The notes beneath the pieces were generated by a model that made no database searches, was not told the DNA's origin, and saw nothing but the letters and a program-made list of their open reading frames with translations. From the human T2T-CHM13v2.0 reference genome, Homo sapiens, in the NCBI RefSeq assembly GCF_009914755.1, contig NC_060936.1: a DNA stretch of 64,000 nt. One strand, given 5' to 3'. Position 1 is the first letter of the stretch, and each line of letters opens with the position of its first letter. Below, in pieces: positions 18,110 to 32,153 of the stretch. A program made the position numbers and the translations under genes.

Positions 18110-19290
18110 TCAACTTTCTACCTATCCCTTTGTTTACTGCTTAAAGACTCATTCCCTACCCTCAGCTCTACCTCGTAGTTCCAAGCCCTTCAAATATTTA
18201 AAGATAGCCGTTATTTTATTCTGAGTCTTCTCTTCTCCAGTTAGACATACCCATCTCCTTTAACTATTTACAGACCATTCTCTTTCATCATCAGTATATT
18301 CATTCAAATCTCTGTTATTGTGATGGTTAATTTTATGTGTCAACTGGGCTAGGCCACAGTACCCAGATATTTGATCAAAGATTCCGTGATGGCAATTTTT
18401 AAATGAGAATAACACTAAATCAGTAGACTTTAAGTAAAGCAGATTGCCCTCTGCAATCTAGGTAGGCCTCGTTCAATCAGTTGAAGGCCTTAACAGTCTG
18501 ACCTCCCTAAAGGAAAAGGGGATTCCACCAGCAGACCACCTTTGGACTGGAACTGCAAGTCTTCCCTGAGTCTCCTGCATGCTGGTATGCTCTGCAGATT
18601 TTGGACTTGCCAAATCTCCATAATCTTGTGTGCCAATTCCTTAAAATAAATAAATCTCTCTCTCTCTCTCTCTCACATATATATATATATATATCCTGTT
18701 GGTTCTGTTTCTCTGGAGAACCTTGACTAAAACAGCTATGCTTCAGGAATACAAGTAGAAAACACTACCTACCTTTGTGGATATGCCAGTCTAACCTCAC
18801 TTTATTATATCCAAATAACTCTTAAAACTGTTTCTAGGTCACATGGACCTATGCAATCAGACCAATGCAATTTGACCATAATATAGAATAAATAAACTGC
18901 AATTTCACCTCCCTAATATAATTATTTTACCGCAACCAAAGAGCAACCTAATCCACATCACTGCTTATATTGAGTTTACCATAATAAAATCCCCAAAAAC
19001 TTCCCACAAGAACTGTTACAGCTCACCAATTCTGTATTTGTGAATTGTTTTGGGGGGCCTGCACATAATACCTAACATTTTTTCCTACTAAATTTTATCC
19101 TCTGAAATTTAGTTTTTCATTGACTGCTGTCAAGATATTTTGGATTCCAGATTCTGTCATTTCAATACATTTACAAATACTCTCAGCTCCATACTAATGA
19201 AATATTAGTCTTTATCAAACTAAAAGAGGCATAGCTAAGATCAAGAGAAGTCTCTGACATCATCAACTATAAACAAAGCCTGAATTCAAA
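18110..19290 (-). mobile_element. CR1/L3 relic interrupted by MLT2
   Basis: gtcttctcttctccagttagacatacccatctcctttaac is the antisense of the CR1 ORF2 C-terminal motif; further degenerate pieces lie beyond the LTR. Confidence 0.55.
18319..18734 (+). mobile_element. MLT2 (ERVL) solo LTR
   Basis: tgtgatggttaattttatgtgtcaact...tctctggagaaccttgactaaaaca; TSD gttat/gctat; internal (CT)n(TA)n. Confidence 0.92.
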
Positions 19291-19349
19291 TAATACTGAC
19301 ATACATATGCTGCTATTAAAATTCTCAGGGAGTATTAGATATGCAAGGA

Positions 19350-19610
19350 AGGTGGGACATATGCTGCTCCAGACAGGCCTGGTGTCAACTGCTGTCTCTA
19401 AACTTACAAGTTTTATAACTGGACAATTTGCTTATTCCTCAAAGAGTTTCAATTTCCTTTTCAATAAAATGGTAAAGATAAAACTTACATCACAAGACTG
19501 GTGTGATGTTCAAAATACACATAAAGCACTTGACAGAATGCCTAATACATTGCAAATACTTGACATGTGTCTACTTTGAAGCACGTATTATAGTAAGAAC
19601 TCAGCAAAGG
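19350..19610 (+). mobile_element. MIR (degenerate)
   Basis: Core and tail motifs (aaagcacttgacagaatgcctaatacat). Confidence 0.6.
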
Positions 19611-20394
19611 TGAGATACATTCCTGCTTCATCACTTTCCCTTGGATCAACTATAACCTAAATAACTTAACCTCTCCTGGCCTTGGGGTAAAGAGGTAGAC
19701 AGAGGGGGAGAGAGGCAGATGGAAGAATAAAGTTGCTGCATGAAGTTGCTACCTAAAGAGACTATTTTAAAGGCTGAGAATCCTTTAAAAGATATCAAAT
19801 AGTTTAGAAAGATGCTTTGACTTGGGCTGTTAGAAAACTGCAGCTTCTAGTCAGAAAAGAATAAATGCAGTGATGTTTGGGATTTGGTTAAACATTTAAA
19901 TTGCATTTCAAAATGTTGGATTTGGCAAAATTTAAAATAAATTTTGCCAAGTCCTTAAGTTTTTTACTTGCATGTATTCAAGGGAAAGCCAGCTTGTAGA
20001 TTTGAATCATTTAGATTTAACTCATTAAAATGTATAGAGTGCTTTATCAAGCCACAAAAATTGTGCCCCAAATCATTTACAGTTTAACTTAGAAAAAAAA
20101 AAGTCTTATATAAACCACAGCTCTTGTACACTAAGTTGCTGAGACTTAGAAGAAAAGATTAACTCAGAAAGACCTCAAGAAAGAAAGAAATTTTGAAGAA
20201 GTAATGAAAGGAGTGGAATAGCACTGAATGCACAGGAAATGGAAAACCATTCCAAGGATGCAGACAGAAGTGATATTACATAATAGCTGACACAGACTAT
20301 ATGCAAATTTCAGTGATTGGATTTTGACTTAAAGATATTTTCCTGAAATGTCTGGAAGAACAATGGGACTTTGGGGGCATCCATAAAATTATAA

Positions 20395-21090
20395 TCAAGA
20401 TCTATTCAGCAGATGTTTACTGTGTGTCTCCACGTGCAAAGCTCTCTAACAAGCACTGAGAAACAATGCTGAATGGGACAGACATGTCCTTGCCTTTTGG
20501 AAGCTTACAGTCTATTGACAAAATAGACTTTTTTATGTGAAAACAGAAAATAATAAGGGCTAGGAAGTATCAAGATGTAGGAAGCAGTCGCATTATACAC
20601 GGATTTTAAGGTGTAACATAAAAGAATCATACATTTTCAATTTCTTAGGGACTTTGAAGTTCATCAGTCCAGTTTTTCCAAGAGGAATCCAAGACAGCAA
20701 TATGTAAACTGCTTCGATTGAGGTAGGGGGCAAAAGGAAAAGCAAAGCCAGACCTGGACACAGGTGTCCTAACTCTATATCAAACATCCATTCCTTCATT
20801 CAACTTTTACGTGATATTTACTATGATTAGGCACTGTGCTAAGTGCTGCAGAAAAGGTAAAAATTAAAAACACCTCTCCCTAACATGGTCCTGGAAGAGA
20901 GATAAGTATGAAAATAAACAATCCCCAAAAGATAAATGATGTAACAGAAAAATTGCACAAAGTTGTGCAGCACCCAAAAGCAAGACCCTCTCTGCTTAGG
21001 AAGACAATGGTGGCTTTACATCAGCCAAATCATATAAAATGAGTAGGATTTTCCCAGGAACATAAAAAGAAGAGAATTCAAGAAAGAAGA
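20395..21090 (-). mobile_element. L2 3' fragments with an intervening MIR
   Basis: Antisense L2 tails (attcagcagatgtttactg; cattccttcattcaac...aggcactgtgctaagtgctg). Confidence 0.65.
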
Positions 21091-21094
21091 AAGA

Positions 21095-21493
<399 letters not shown>

Positions 21494-22356
21494 TTAATTA
21501 TTTTTATCAAAGTAATACATGCACATAGTCAGATGGTGCAAAAAGACTCGAAACACAGCAGTCCTGTGGCCACCCTTCTGCTGGTTACACTACCATCAAG
21601 GTTCTCTCAGTCCCAGATGCAACCATGTTAAATTGGTTTAGCTGCTGCTTCTGGCATTTAGCGCCATGCTTCTAAATCACGTGTGTCTATACTGATATAC
21701 TGGTATCCTACACAGTATAAGAACTTTCACCTCATACCCACTTCACCCCCCCACCCCAGTCCCCAATATGGTTGAAACATAATGTGGGGTGATATCCATA
21801 ATTGTAGTTATAATGACTAAGTAAATATTGCTTGCTGATTAAGGTATTATACTCTGACTATATTTCCTCTCTGTGATACCTTTTCCTTTTTCTAATGTTG
21901 ATTTGCATGTACTTGATTGTTCTCTTCTACTCTCTGGTTTAATCTTCCCCCACATTCCAATGGCTCTAAAGCCATTTCTAAATACCATTTTTCTTATAGT
22001 CAAACCTATCAGATAATCTATTTTTCCCCATGATTATGCCCCCTAGAAATCTGCCCCTGTACTCACCCCTTGGCCTGTCCTAGGAATTCCTTCTGTCTAT
22101 GGTGTAAACCAAGAAATAGGAAGCCTCCAAATCTAGGAAACATAGGCTCTAACAATCTCACTTTGATAGAACCCACATTCTACTAGCTTCCTGAGAAAGA
22201 ATGCATGAGAGGTAAATTTATTTTCATACATTTGTCAGTCATCCTTGACTGATATTTTAACAATGTAAACAATTCAAGGTTGAAAATTGCTTTCCTTCAT
22301 AATTATTATCTTCTAGTTTCTAGCGTTGATTTGTGGGGCTTTTCGGCTTCTCAAAG

Positions 22357-23050
22357 TATGAGTTAGGATTGTGTTTAGTTGTAGGTAAAATAAAATCCAA
22401 CAAGTTATAACTTAGCCAAATAGGGAACCTGACCAGGTGCTGACCACACCTGTAATCCCAACTCTTTGGGAGGCCAAGGTGAGTGGATCTGCTTTGAGCA
22501 CAGGAGTTTGAGACCAGCCTGGGCAACATGGCGAAACCCCATCTCTACCAAAAATACAAAAATTAGCCAGACATTGGTGGCTTGCTCCTGTAGTCCCAGC
22601 TACATGGAAGGCTGAGGCTGGACAGTCATTTGAGCCCAGGAAGTGGAGGGTGCAATCAGATCACTCCACTGCACTCCAGCCTGGGTGACAGAGTGAGACC
22701 CTGTCTCAAAACAAACAAACAACAACAAACAAATAGACAACCTCCCACCCCCAATGTAACAAGAAATCCAGAGACAGGTAGTTGCTGAAATTGATTCAGC
22801 AGTTCAGGTATATCAGAGCTGAGAACTCTGTGATTCTCATGGTCGCAAAATACTGTAGCTCCAGACATCTTGTTCAGGTTTCAAATGAGAAAAAGTAGAA
22901 GAGAAAGGAGAAGATTCAACAGATTTCCACTTACATTTTATGGGCCAGCACTTTACCACACTTGGTCATATCTAACTACAAAGGAATTGAAAAAAGTAAG
23001 CTTTTAGCTTTCCGGCCTCTACAATGAAGAAAAGCAAGGGTTGAAAGAGA
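22357..23050 (-). mobile_element. Old MLT1 (MLT1I/J-like) solo LTR containing an AluJ
   Basis: gttaggattgtgtttagttgtagg, ctcatggtcgcaaaatactgtagctccagacatc, atgggccagcact motifs. Confidence 0.7.
22430..22740 (+). mobile_element. AluJ
   Basis: tttgagcccaggaagtggagg, gagaccctgtctc; (CAAA)n tail. Confidence 0.93.
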
Positions 23051-23320
23051 CAAACTGGAATATGAGATAACATTACAATGTGCTTTGGTGTGGGTCTTTT
23101 CAAAAGTCTTTTGTGCTGGGCACTCTTTGAGTCCTTCTAAGTTTGAAACACATATTTTCAGTCCTAGCAATTTTCCTTTTAAAATTTAGTTGATAGTTTT
23201 ATCCTTTTTGTTTTTTCATTCTCTCTGGAGAGCTCCTAAAAGTCAAAGGTTGAACTTCTGATACTGATCATCTATCTTTTTTCTCCTATTTCCCATCTCA
23301 TTATCTTTCACTTCTTTTTT

Positions 23321-23372
23321 ATTTTAAGTTCCGGGATACATGTGCTGAATGTGCAGGTTTGTTACATTGGTA
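23321..23372 (-). mobile_element. Ultra-short L1PA 3'-terminal insertion
   Basis: attttaagttccgggatacatgtgctgaatgtgcaggtttgttaca; about 20-bp TSD at 23301-23320 and 23373-23392. Confidence 0.85.
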
Positions 23373-24619
23373 TTATTTTTTACTTCTTTTTTAGGAGACT
23401 TCCTCATCTGCATTTAACCCTTTTATTGAATATTTTATTTCTTAAGTGCTTTCTTACTCTCTTATTCTTCCTTTTCTATAGTATTATGTTTTTATTTTAT
23501 GGTTGCAAAATCTTCTCATCTTTCTGAGGGTACTGATTATAATTCCTTGAAGTTTTCTTCTTTTTCCTGACAGTCTTTCTTCTGAGCTTTATTTTGTTAT
23601 TGTTATTGTTTATTTCTTTGTTAGTTTTGATCTCTTTTCCTGTTGGAGTTTCTCCTTAATTGACTGGTGATAATTGATTCTGTGTCATATCTAAGAATGA
23701 GGTACTAGAAGGGTGACTAGAAGCTGCGTGCATGTGGCCAAAGCTTAATGAGTAGTAAGCTTTACTAAAGGACAATCAGGAAGCCCGTTAGTTTCCTCAT
23801 CAGGGAAGCCCACATGTCAGTATCTACAGAGGTTTTCTCTGAAGCATGTTATCCCTTCAGAGAAGGATCACCTATCTGAAGAGGTGTTAAGAGAGAAAGG
23901 CAGTTATAAGCCTTGCTGCTACTGTTGTAGAACTCAGCACAGGAAGGCAGCTAGAAGTCTCACCATTATGCAGATCACTTAATTCCCCTCACTCCTATCC
24001 TCCCTACTTTGCAGTCTCTCAGGTTCAGTTCTTCACAGATTATACGTTTCATATGCAGCAGAGACAGGGAAGTGGCAGTTGTTAGTGCCTAGTAGGGATG
24101 ACTGAAAAATATAATTAATTTTAAACAATTCTTTTGTTTGTATGCCACCCACATCATCTCTCCCTCACAATCACACTCCAACTTCCATAATACCTAATTT
24201 CTGATTCCTAAGCCTATCTCAGATTCTGCAGGATGAATCAGTTTGTTTATCATTGGTATATCCCTCTGCAGATAATTAGATTTTACATTCTTGCTGCTAA
24301 GTTATCTACAATTCTTCCATATGCTTTCAATTTTCCTATACTACAGATGAAGGTTAGAGAAATCTAGTTTTCCTAAAGATGGAAAGTACCTGTTGCTTTT
24401 GTTTGTTTGTTTGTTTTAAGTGATTTCTAGTAAAGAAGTACTTTTTCTGCCATTTTGAAACAGGTAAGTCTCTAATTATGAATTTAAAACTTGAAGACAT
24501 TGATAGATATGAACAAAATATGCTCCAGAGCAAAACTCTACCCATTAACAACCAGATCATGCACCACCAGATTAGAATGGCCATTATATTGTTGGTTATC
24601 CCCATTCTGGTAATATGAC

Positions 24620-24820
24620 GTAGCAGCTAAGAGCATGAGCTCTGAGGTCAGATTGCCTAGCCTTAAATCCTGTCTCTACCACTTTACAAGATGCATAATC
24701 TTGCACACATTCTGTTTATATTATCCTCTTGACCTGAAAAAATGTAGAGTGATGATGAGGATTAAGTGAACAAAATGCCTGGCACACAAGTATTCAATAT
24801 ATACAAACTACTATTATTAA
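24620..24820 (+). mobile_element. MIR
   Basis: taagagcatgagctctgaggtcagattgcct...tgcctggcacac. Confidence 0.8.
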
Positions 24821-24859
24821 CTCCAACAGATCAAATTTTCCAAAGTAGTGAGAGTAATA

Positions 24860-25070
24860 TGCACTAAGCGCCTTACAGATATTAACTTACTGAATCCTGA
24901 AAACAATACTATGAGGTAGGGATATCACCGTGCCAATTTTATAAAAGATAAAACTGATAGATGAACAGGTTAAATAACTTGCCCAAGGTCACACGGCCAA
25001 AAGTAGATAACAGGGATTCAATCTGAAGAAATCTGGTTCCATCGTCTTTGATCTTAACCACTTACAATAC
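24860..25070 (-). mobile_element. MIR
   Basis: aggttaaataacttgcccaaggtcacac. Confidence 0.85.
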
Positions 25071-27231
25071 ACAGCCCAAGGATAGCATCATTCAAATTTG
25101 AGTCCCCAGGTTCTCTCTAGCTCTCTTATGGAATGCCAAGTAAGTTATATTCGGTACCACAGACTAACTTAAAGGAAGATTTCAAAACGACACTGCAAAA
25201 TTTGAACCAAATTATTTCTCCATTTAACTGCCTTCTATGTACAGGTAGTAGTATAGAATAGTTGTGTACATGTGATGCTCATTTCCATAATGAGTAAAGG
25301 ACATAAAACATAAAAATATCATGCAGTTTTTAGGCCTATTGCTCCCAAATCATTCACTCTGATTATATCCTTTATTACAGGGAAATGTGTTTTCTAAGTC
25401 TATCTTCTTTGCATGGATTGAAAGATTTGTGAAACTGAAAACTAACCTTCCTCTGCCAAGAGCCCCATCAAGACAGAAGTTCTTAATTAACTAAGCAATT
25501 AGTCATAACAAGTGAAAGCTAAAATGGAGCATGAATACATAATTTGCTGATTATTTTTCTCCACTAGAACCCTTAGCCAGAATTTAACAAAAAGTGTTCT
25601 GTGGGTGCTAGTTTTGGGAAGGATGGTAAAACCTGGACAGAATGCACTGAACAGCTATTTGAGGGCTCCAAAGAGTAAAGAATTGCAGATGGATTGGAGA
25701 AGACCAGAATTCAAAGTATCAGCAGTGCGTTTCTTGTTTTTCCTTAGTATCCCCCAGTCTGGTGTCTACACCTGGTACACCAAAACCAGGAGTAGACACC
25801 AGCATACAAACAGAGAGATTTCCAGAGAAGTCCTCTAGCTCTGGCTCAACAGGTAGGAAAACAAAGAGATTTCTAACACTCAGAGAGAGTGGGGGAAATT
25901 CCAGGTTTTTCTCTTATATCATCATCATTACTTATGTTTTCTCTCTTTCATGCCTCAGTCTCCAGGCCATCCTGTGGCAGTGGCAGCAGCAACAATGGCA
26001 AGCAATGGAGTGATTCACAGGTGCCTGAAACTTGGATAGAAGTGTAGTCCACAAGAGAGAGGCAAACTCCTACTGCTTTTTCTCTCTATCTCTGTTTACC
26101 TACCTCTTGAACCTAAACATGGGTACAACTACAGGATGTGTGTGGCAGAGCAGGATAACTAAAACTCCAGTTTGTGGCCAAGGAACCAAAAAATACTGGG
26201 GATATTGCGGAGAAAGGGTTGGGATATGAGCCCGTCCTGAGCTGCACATACAGAGATATGATCTTGAACACCTAACAAAGACTTGAGAAATGAATTAAAC
26301 TACTGACCACTACCCAGATCTCAGACTGGCTGCTTGGTTGCAAATATGTGGGACAGAGCAAAAGAGCATCACAGAGCGTTTGAAAACGAATTGACACTGA
26401 AACCACAAGCCACTGAAGGCTGATCAGACCTTACAACCTGAATTCTCTGGGTTGATTGCATGCTAAAATAAAAATATCAACATTCACCATAGGATGTAAA
26501 TAAGACCCAGAGTCTCATAACATGATATTCAAAATGTTCAGAATATAATACAAAATTACTCAGCATTACAAAGAGCCAGAAAAATTTCAAATTACATAGA
26601 GGAAGAAATTTCACAGACATCAATGCCAAGATGATACATATGTTAGAATTACCTGACAAAGATGTCAAAGCAGCTATTAAAAACACTCTTGAAATAAATA
26701 GAAAGTTTCAGCAAGGAAATAGAAGACGTGAAGAAGAACCAAATGGAAAATTTAGAACTGAAAAATGCAATAGCAAAACTTTGAAAACTCACTGAATGAG
26801 TTCTGTAACAGAATAAAAATGACAAAGTATCAATAAACTTGAAAGCAGATCAGTATAAATTATCCAATCTAAACAACATAGAGAAAAATACTTTAAAAAA
26901 TAAATAGAGCCTCAGGACCTGTAGGACAATATCACAATGCCTAATATGTATATCATCCCAGTCCCAGAAGGAGAGAAGAGAGAGTATAGTACAAAGAAAA
27001 ACAATGTAATTGCTAAAAACTGACCAAATTTGCCAAATGACATAAACCCAGAAATTCAAAAAGTTCAGTGAACTCCAAAAAGAATAAACCCCAAAATACC
27101 TATACCTAGACATATGATAATCAAACTTCTAAAAATTACAGAAAATAATGTTGGAAAGTAACCAAAGAAAAATGATGCATTACTTACAGGGAAGCAATGA
27201 TTTCAAAGTCTGAGGATCCCTCATCAGAAGT

Positions 27232-27478
27232 GGGAGCTAAGCTATGAGGAAACAAAGGCATAAGAGTGATATAATGGACTATAGAGACTTGCGGGAAAGG
27301 GTGGGGAAGGGGGTGAAGGATAAAAGACAACACAATGGGTGCAGTGTACACTGCTTGGGTGATGGGTGCACTAAAATCTCAGAAATCACCACCTAAAGAA
27401 CTTATCCATGTAATCAAACACCACCTGTTCCCCCAAAACTACTGAAATCATAAGAAGAAAAATAATTTTTTTTAAAAA
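27232..27478 (+). mobile_element. L1PB 3'UTR fragment nested in the older L1 ORF1
   Basis: gggagctaagctatgagg...aaatctcagaaatcacc; flanked by agaagt duplication. Confidence 0.9.
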
Positions 27479-28287
27479 AGAAGTCATGGAGGCCAGAAGA
27501 AAGTGCACTCATTTTTAAAGCACTGAGAAAAAGGAACCATGAAACCAGAATTCTGTATCTAGCAAAAATACTCTTCAGGACTAACAATGAGATAAAGACA
27601 TTCTTACATGAAGAAACACTAAGAGAATTTTCATTAGCAACAGACTTCTCTACAAGAATGACTAAAAGAAAGTTCTTCAGCCAGAAGATAATGATGCCAT
27701 ATGCAAATGTGGAACATCAGAAAGGAAGAGAGAACAACAGGAATGGTAAATTTCTGGGTAAATATAATAGACTATTCTTTCACCCTGAGTCATTTAGAGT
27801 ATGTTTAACAGTTAAGAGCAAAAAACAGAGCATTGTCTGATGAGATTTTCAATGTGCAAACAGAGTCCAAAACTAGGCCTACAAAAGTATGATCAATGGG
27901 TTTTTGACGAAGGTACAAAGGCAATTCAATGGAGATATGATAGTTTTTTCCATAAGAGGTGTTGGAACAAATGGACGTTTCGAAGCAAAAAAACAAACAA
28001 ACAAAAAAAGAACCTCACGCATTATACAGAACTTATCTTAAAAGAGAACATAGACATAAACATAAAACATAAAACTAATTTAAAACATCAAATATAGTTT
28101 TTTGAGTAATAATTGGAAAAAATCTTAGTAACATTAGTTTAGGAAATGATACACCAAAAGCATGATTCATAAAAAAAATTTTGATAAATTGGACATCATC
28201 AAAATAAAACTCTTGCTCTGCCAAAGACCCTGTAAAGACCATGAAAAGACAAGGCATAGACTTGGGGCGGGGGGGAATCTGCAAATC

Positions 28288-28581
<294 letters not shown>

Positions 28582-28710
28582 TCATATATCAAACAAAAGA
28601 TTTGTATCTGACTATATGAAAACTCCCCAAACTTAAGAAAACAAACAACTCATTAAAAAAAATAAATACATGATTTGAAAGAAAACTTCACCAAAGAAGA
28701 TACATAGATA

Positions 28711-28790
28711 CTAGGTTGGTGCAAAAGTAATTGCGGTTTTTGTGATTACTCTTAATGCTGAAAACCACAATTACTTTTGCAACAACTTAA
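28711..28790. mobile_element. MADE1 (Hsmar1-derived mariner MITE)
   Basis: 80-bp near-palindrome taggttggtgcaaaagtaattgcggttttt...aaaaccacaattacttttgcaacaacttaa flanked by TA on both sides. Confidence 0.95.
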
Positions 28791-29743
28791 TAGTAAATAA
28801 GTACATGAAAAGATGCTCACTGTCATTAGTCATTAGAAAATGTAAATAAAAATCCACAAGAACATGCTACTACACACCTATTAGAATGGGGGAAAAACAG
28901 ACAACTGCAGGTACTAGCAAGTATGCAGAGCCATTGGAACTCTGAAACATTGCTGATGGGAATGTAATATTACAGCCACTTTGGAAAAGTTTGGCAGTTT
29001 CTGACAAAGGTAAACATTCATTTAACTTATGACCCAGTAATTCCACTCTTAGTTATTTGCCTAAAAGGAATGAGTATTTGTTTCACAAAAGCACCTGTAC
29101 ATGAATATTTACAGTAGCTTTATTCATAAATAAAAAATGCATATGTCCTTAAACTGGTGAATGGATGGAACAAAACTAATTGTGGCACATTCATACAACA
29201 GAATACCACTCTCCAGTAAAAATGAACTATTGATACACACAACAACATGGGTGAATCACAAATGCACTATGTAAAGTCAAAGATGACAGATGTAAAACAC
29301 TATATACCATATAATTCCATTTATATGACATTCTGGAAAAAGCAAAAAAACAGGGACAGAGAAAAGATCAGAGGTTGCCAAGGATTAGAGCTAGGGAAAA
29401 GGCTGACTACAAAAGAGCAGACTGAAGGCATTTTCAGAGACAATGGAACCCTTTAGTATGTTCATTGTGATGGTGGTTACAAGATTACATATTTGTCCAA
29501 ACTCATAGACCTGTACACCAAAAACAGTAAATTTTATTGCATTTTAACGTTTTTAAATTTTAAAACAAATTTACCTATTTAAAAAAAAAAACAAAGACAG
29601 CAACAACTTAGGATCCCATATTACCATCACTATTTAATGTGATCTTAGACAAATCACTTAATATAGAGCTTTGGTTCCCCCAATTTTTAAAATGAAAAAT
29701 ATAGTATTTATATCTCATAGGTCTTTATAAAAAAGTTTTTTAA

Positions 29744-30254
<511 letters not shown>

Positions 30255-30912
30255 TTTTTTTTTATTTCAAGAGCTTAGGCGTACAAGTAGTTTTTGGTTA
30301 CCTGGCTGAATTTTGTAGTGGTGAAGTCTGAAGTTTTAGTGTACCTGCCACCCGAGCAGTGTCCATTGTATCCAGTATGTAGTTTTTTTATCCCTTACCC
30401 CTCTTCTACTCTCCTTATTTCTGAGTCTTCAATGTTCATTATATCACTCTGTATGCCTTTGCACGCCCATAGCTTAGCTCCCACTTATAAGTGAGAACAT
30501 ATGGTATTTGGTTTTCCATTCCTGTGTTACTTCACTTAGAATAATGGCCCCCAGTTCCATCCAAGTTGCTACAATGGACATTATTTCATTCTTTATTTTA
30601 TGGCTGAGTAGTATTCCATGGTGTATATATACCACATTTTCTGTATCCATTCATCAGCTGATGGACATTTAGGTTGGTTCCTTATCTTTTCAATTATGAA
30701 TTGTTCTGTGATAAACATATGCAAGCACATGTATTTTTTTTATAGAGAGGTTGTACTAACTTACATTCCCACCAGCAGTGCACAAGCATTCCCTTTTCAC
30801 CACATTCACGCCAACATCTTTGTTTTTTGATTCTTAAATAATGGCCATTCTGGCTTGGGTAAGTTGGTATCTCACTGCAGTTTTAATTTGCATTTCCCTG
30901 ATGATTAGTGAG
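30255..30912 (-). mobile_element. L1PB2/3 3' fragment
   Basis: gtagtggtgaagtctga...tagcttagctcccacttataagtgagaacat. Confidence 0.9.
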
Positions 30913-31848
30913 TACATCTATAGGTAAATAATTTTATTTAATGTCTGTCTCTTTCATGAAATGGTAAGCTCTGTGAGGGAAGAAATTGTTATCAGAATAC
31001 AAGCAGTACAAAGTGTCTGAAACACTGGTGAATATTCTGTACATATTTTTAAACAAATGTGCAAAAACACAATGGCATTTCCTATTGTGTAATTAATTCT
31101 TTCTTAATATCTTTACCTTTCTCACTATTTATATGTATAGACACATGTATCTTAATGTTTTTATCTTCCTCACCCTGTATATATACACATACATATATAT
31201 GTATGTATGTGTATATACTATGCATACCATCAACAAAGTTTCTTAGCAAATGTCCATCAAAAGATAACAAATAATAGATTATGCCTTGGTTGACATACCT
31301 GTTTACTAACTTTTCCTCATTTGTAGTCATTAACACTAATTGAACCTGACAAAAATAAGATGTGACAGACCTACTGTATATCCACAAGTCAAATTAACAA
31401 ATTAGTTGAAGAATCAATACATCTACATATGAGTCTACTAACTGTTGGGCATACATCCAGACTTACATGCAGAAAAGCACTTAAGAACCAAACCTTTTTC
31501 CCTCTTATATAAGCTGTCAAAAATGTTACAGATGTGACATTTAAGAAACTCAGAGCATGACTTATAGATTACCTTATGCATAATGGTAAAAATTCCTCTA
31601 GAACAACCAGCAACATTAATAATTAGTTGGAACTCAATTACGGATACTTGCCAAAGCAAATCCCCAGAAAGCTATCTTGTATCTTTCAACCTGGCCTTGT
31701 AGAAATGATCTAATGTAGCATCCTACAGTGTAGGTACGTGGGGTATTAATATCCCACCCTCCTTGATGGGTCAGTAACTGAAACAGTGAAAGGCTCAATG
31801 AAGATCGCAGCACTAATAAACGATGGGACAGGTATTAATACTGCAATG

Positions 31849-32153
31849 CCGCACTGTCCAATATGGTAACCACTGAGCCACATGTAGCTACAGAGCACTT
31901 CAAACGTGGCTAATCCAAATCAAGAAGTGCTGTAAGTGTAAAATACACACCAGATTTCAATACTTGGTACAAGATAAAGAATGTAAAATTCTCATTATTT
32001 GTTTATACTGAATACATGTTGAAATGACTATGGGTTGGATTAAATAAAATCATTATTAAAATTAATATCATCTGTTTCTTTTCACGTTTCAAAGTGTAGT
32101 TACTACAGATTTTTAAATTATATATGTAGCTTGTATTATATTTCCAGCGGCAT
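31849..32153 (-). mobile_element. MER33 (hAT-Charlie MITE)
   Basis: gtccaatatggtaaccact, gtgctgtaagtgtaaaatacacaccagatttc. Confidence 0.88.

Noticed and set aside
31299-31513. Two 47-nt minus-strand exon-like units (31513-31467 and 31345-31299) as mutually exclusive exons
   Set aside because: No sequence similarity, no shared open frame, and the first acceptor is weak; equal length is probably coincidence.
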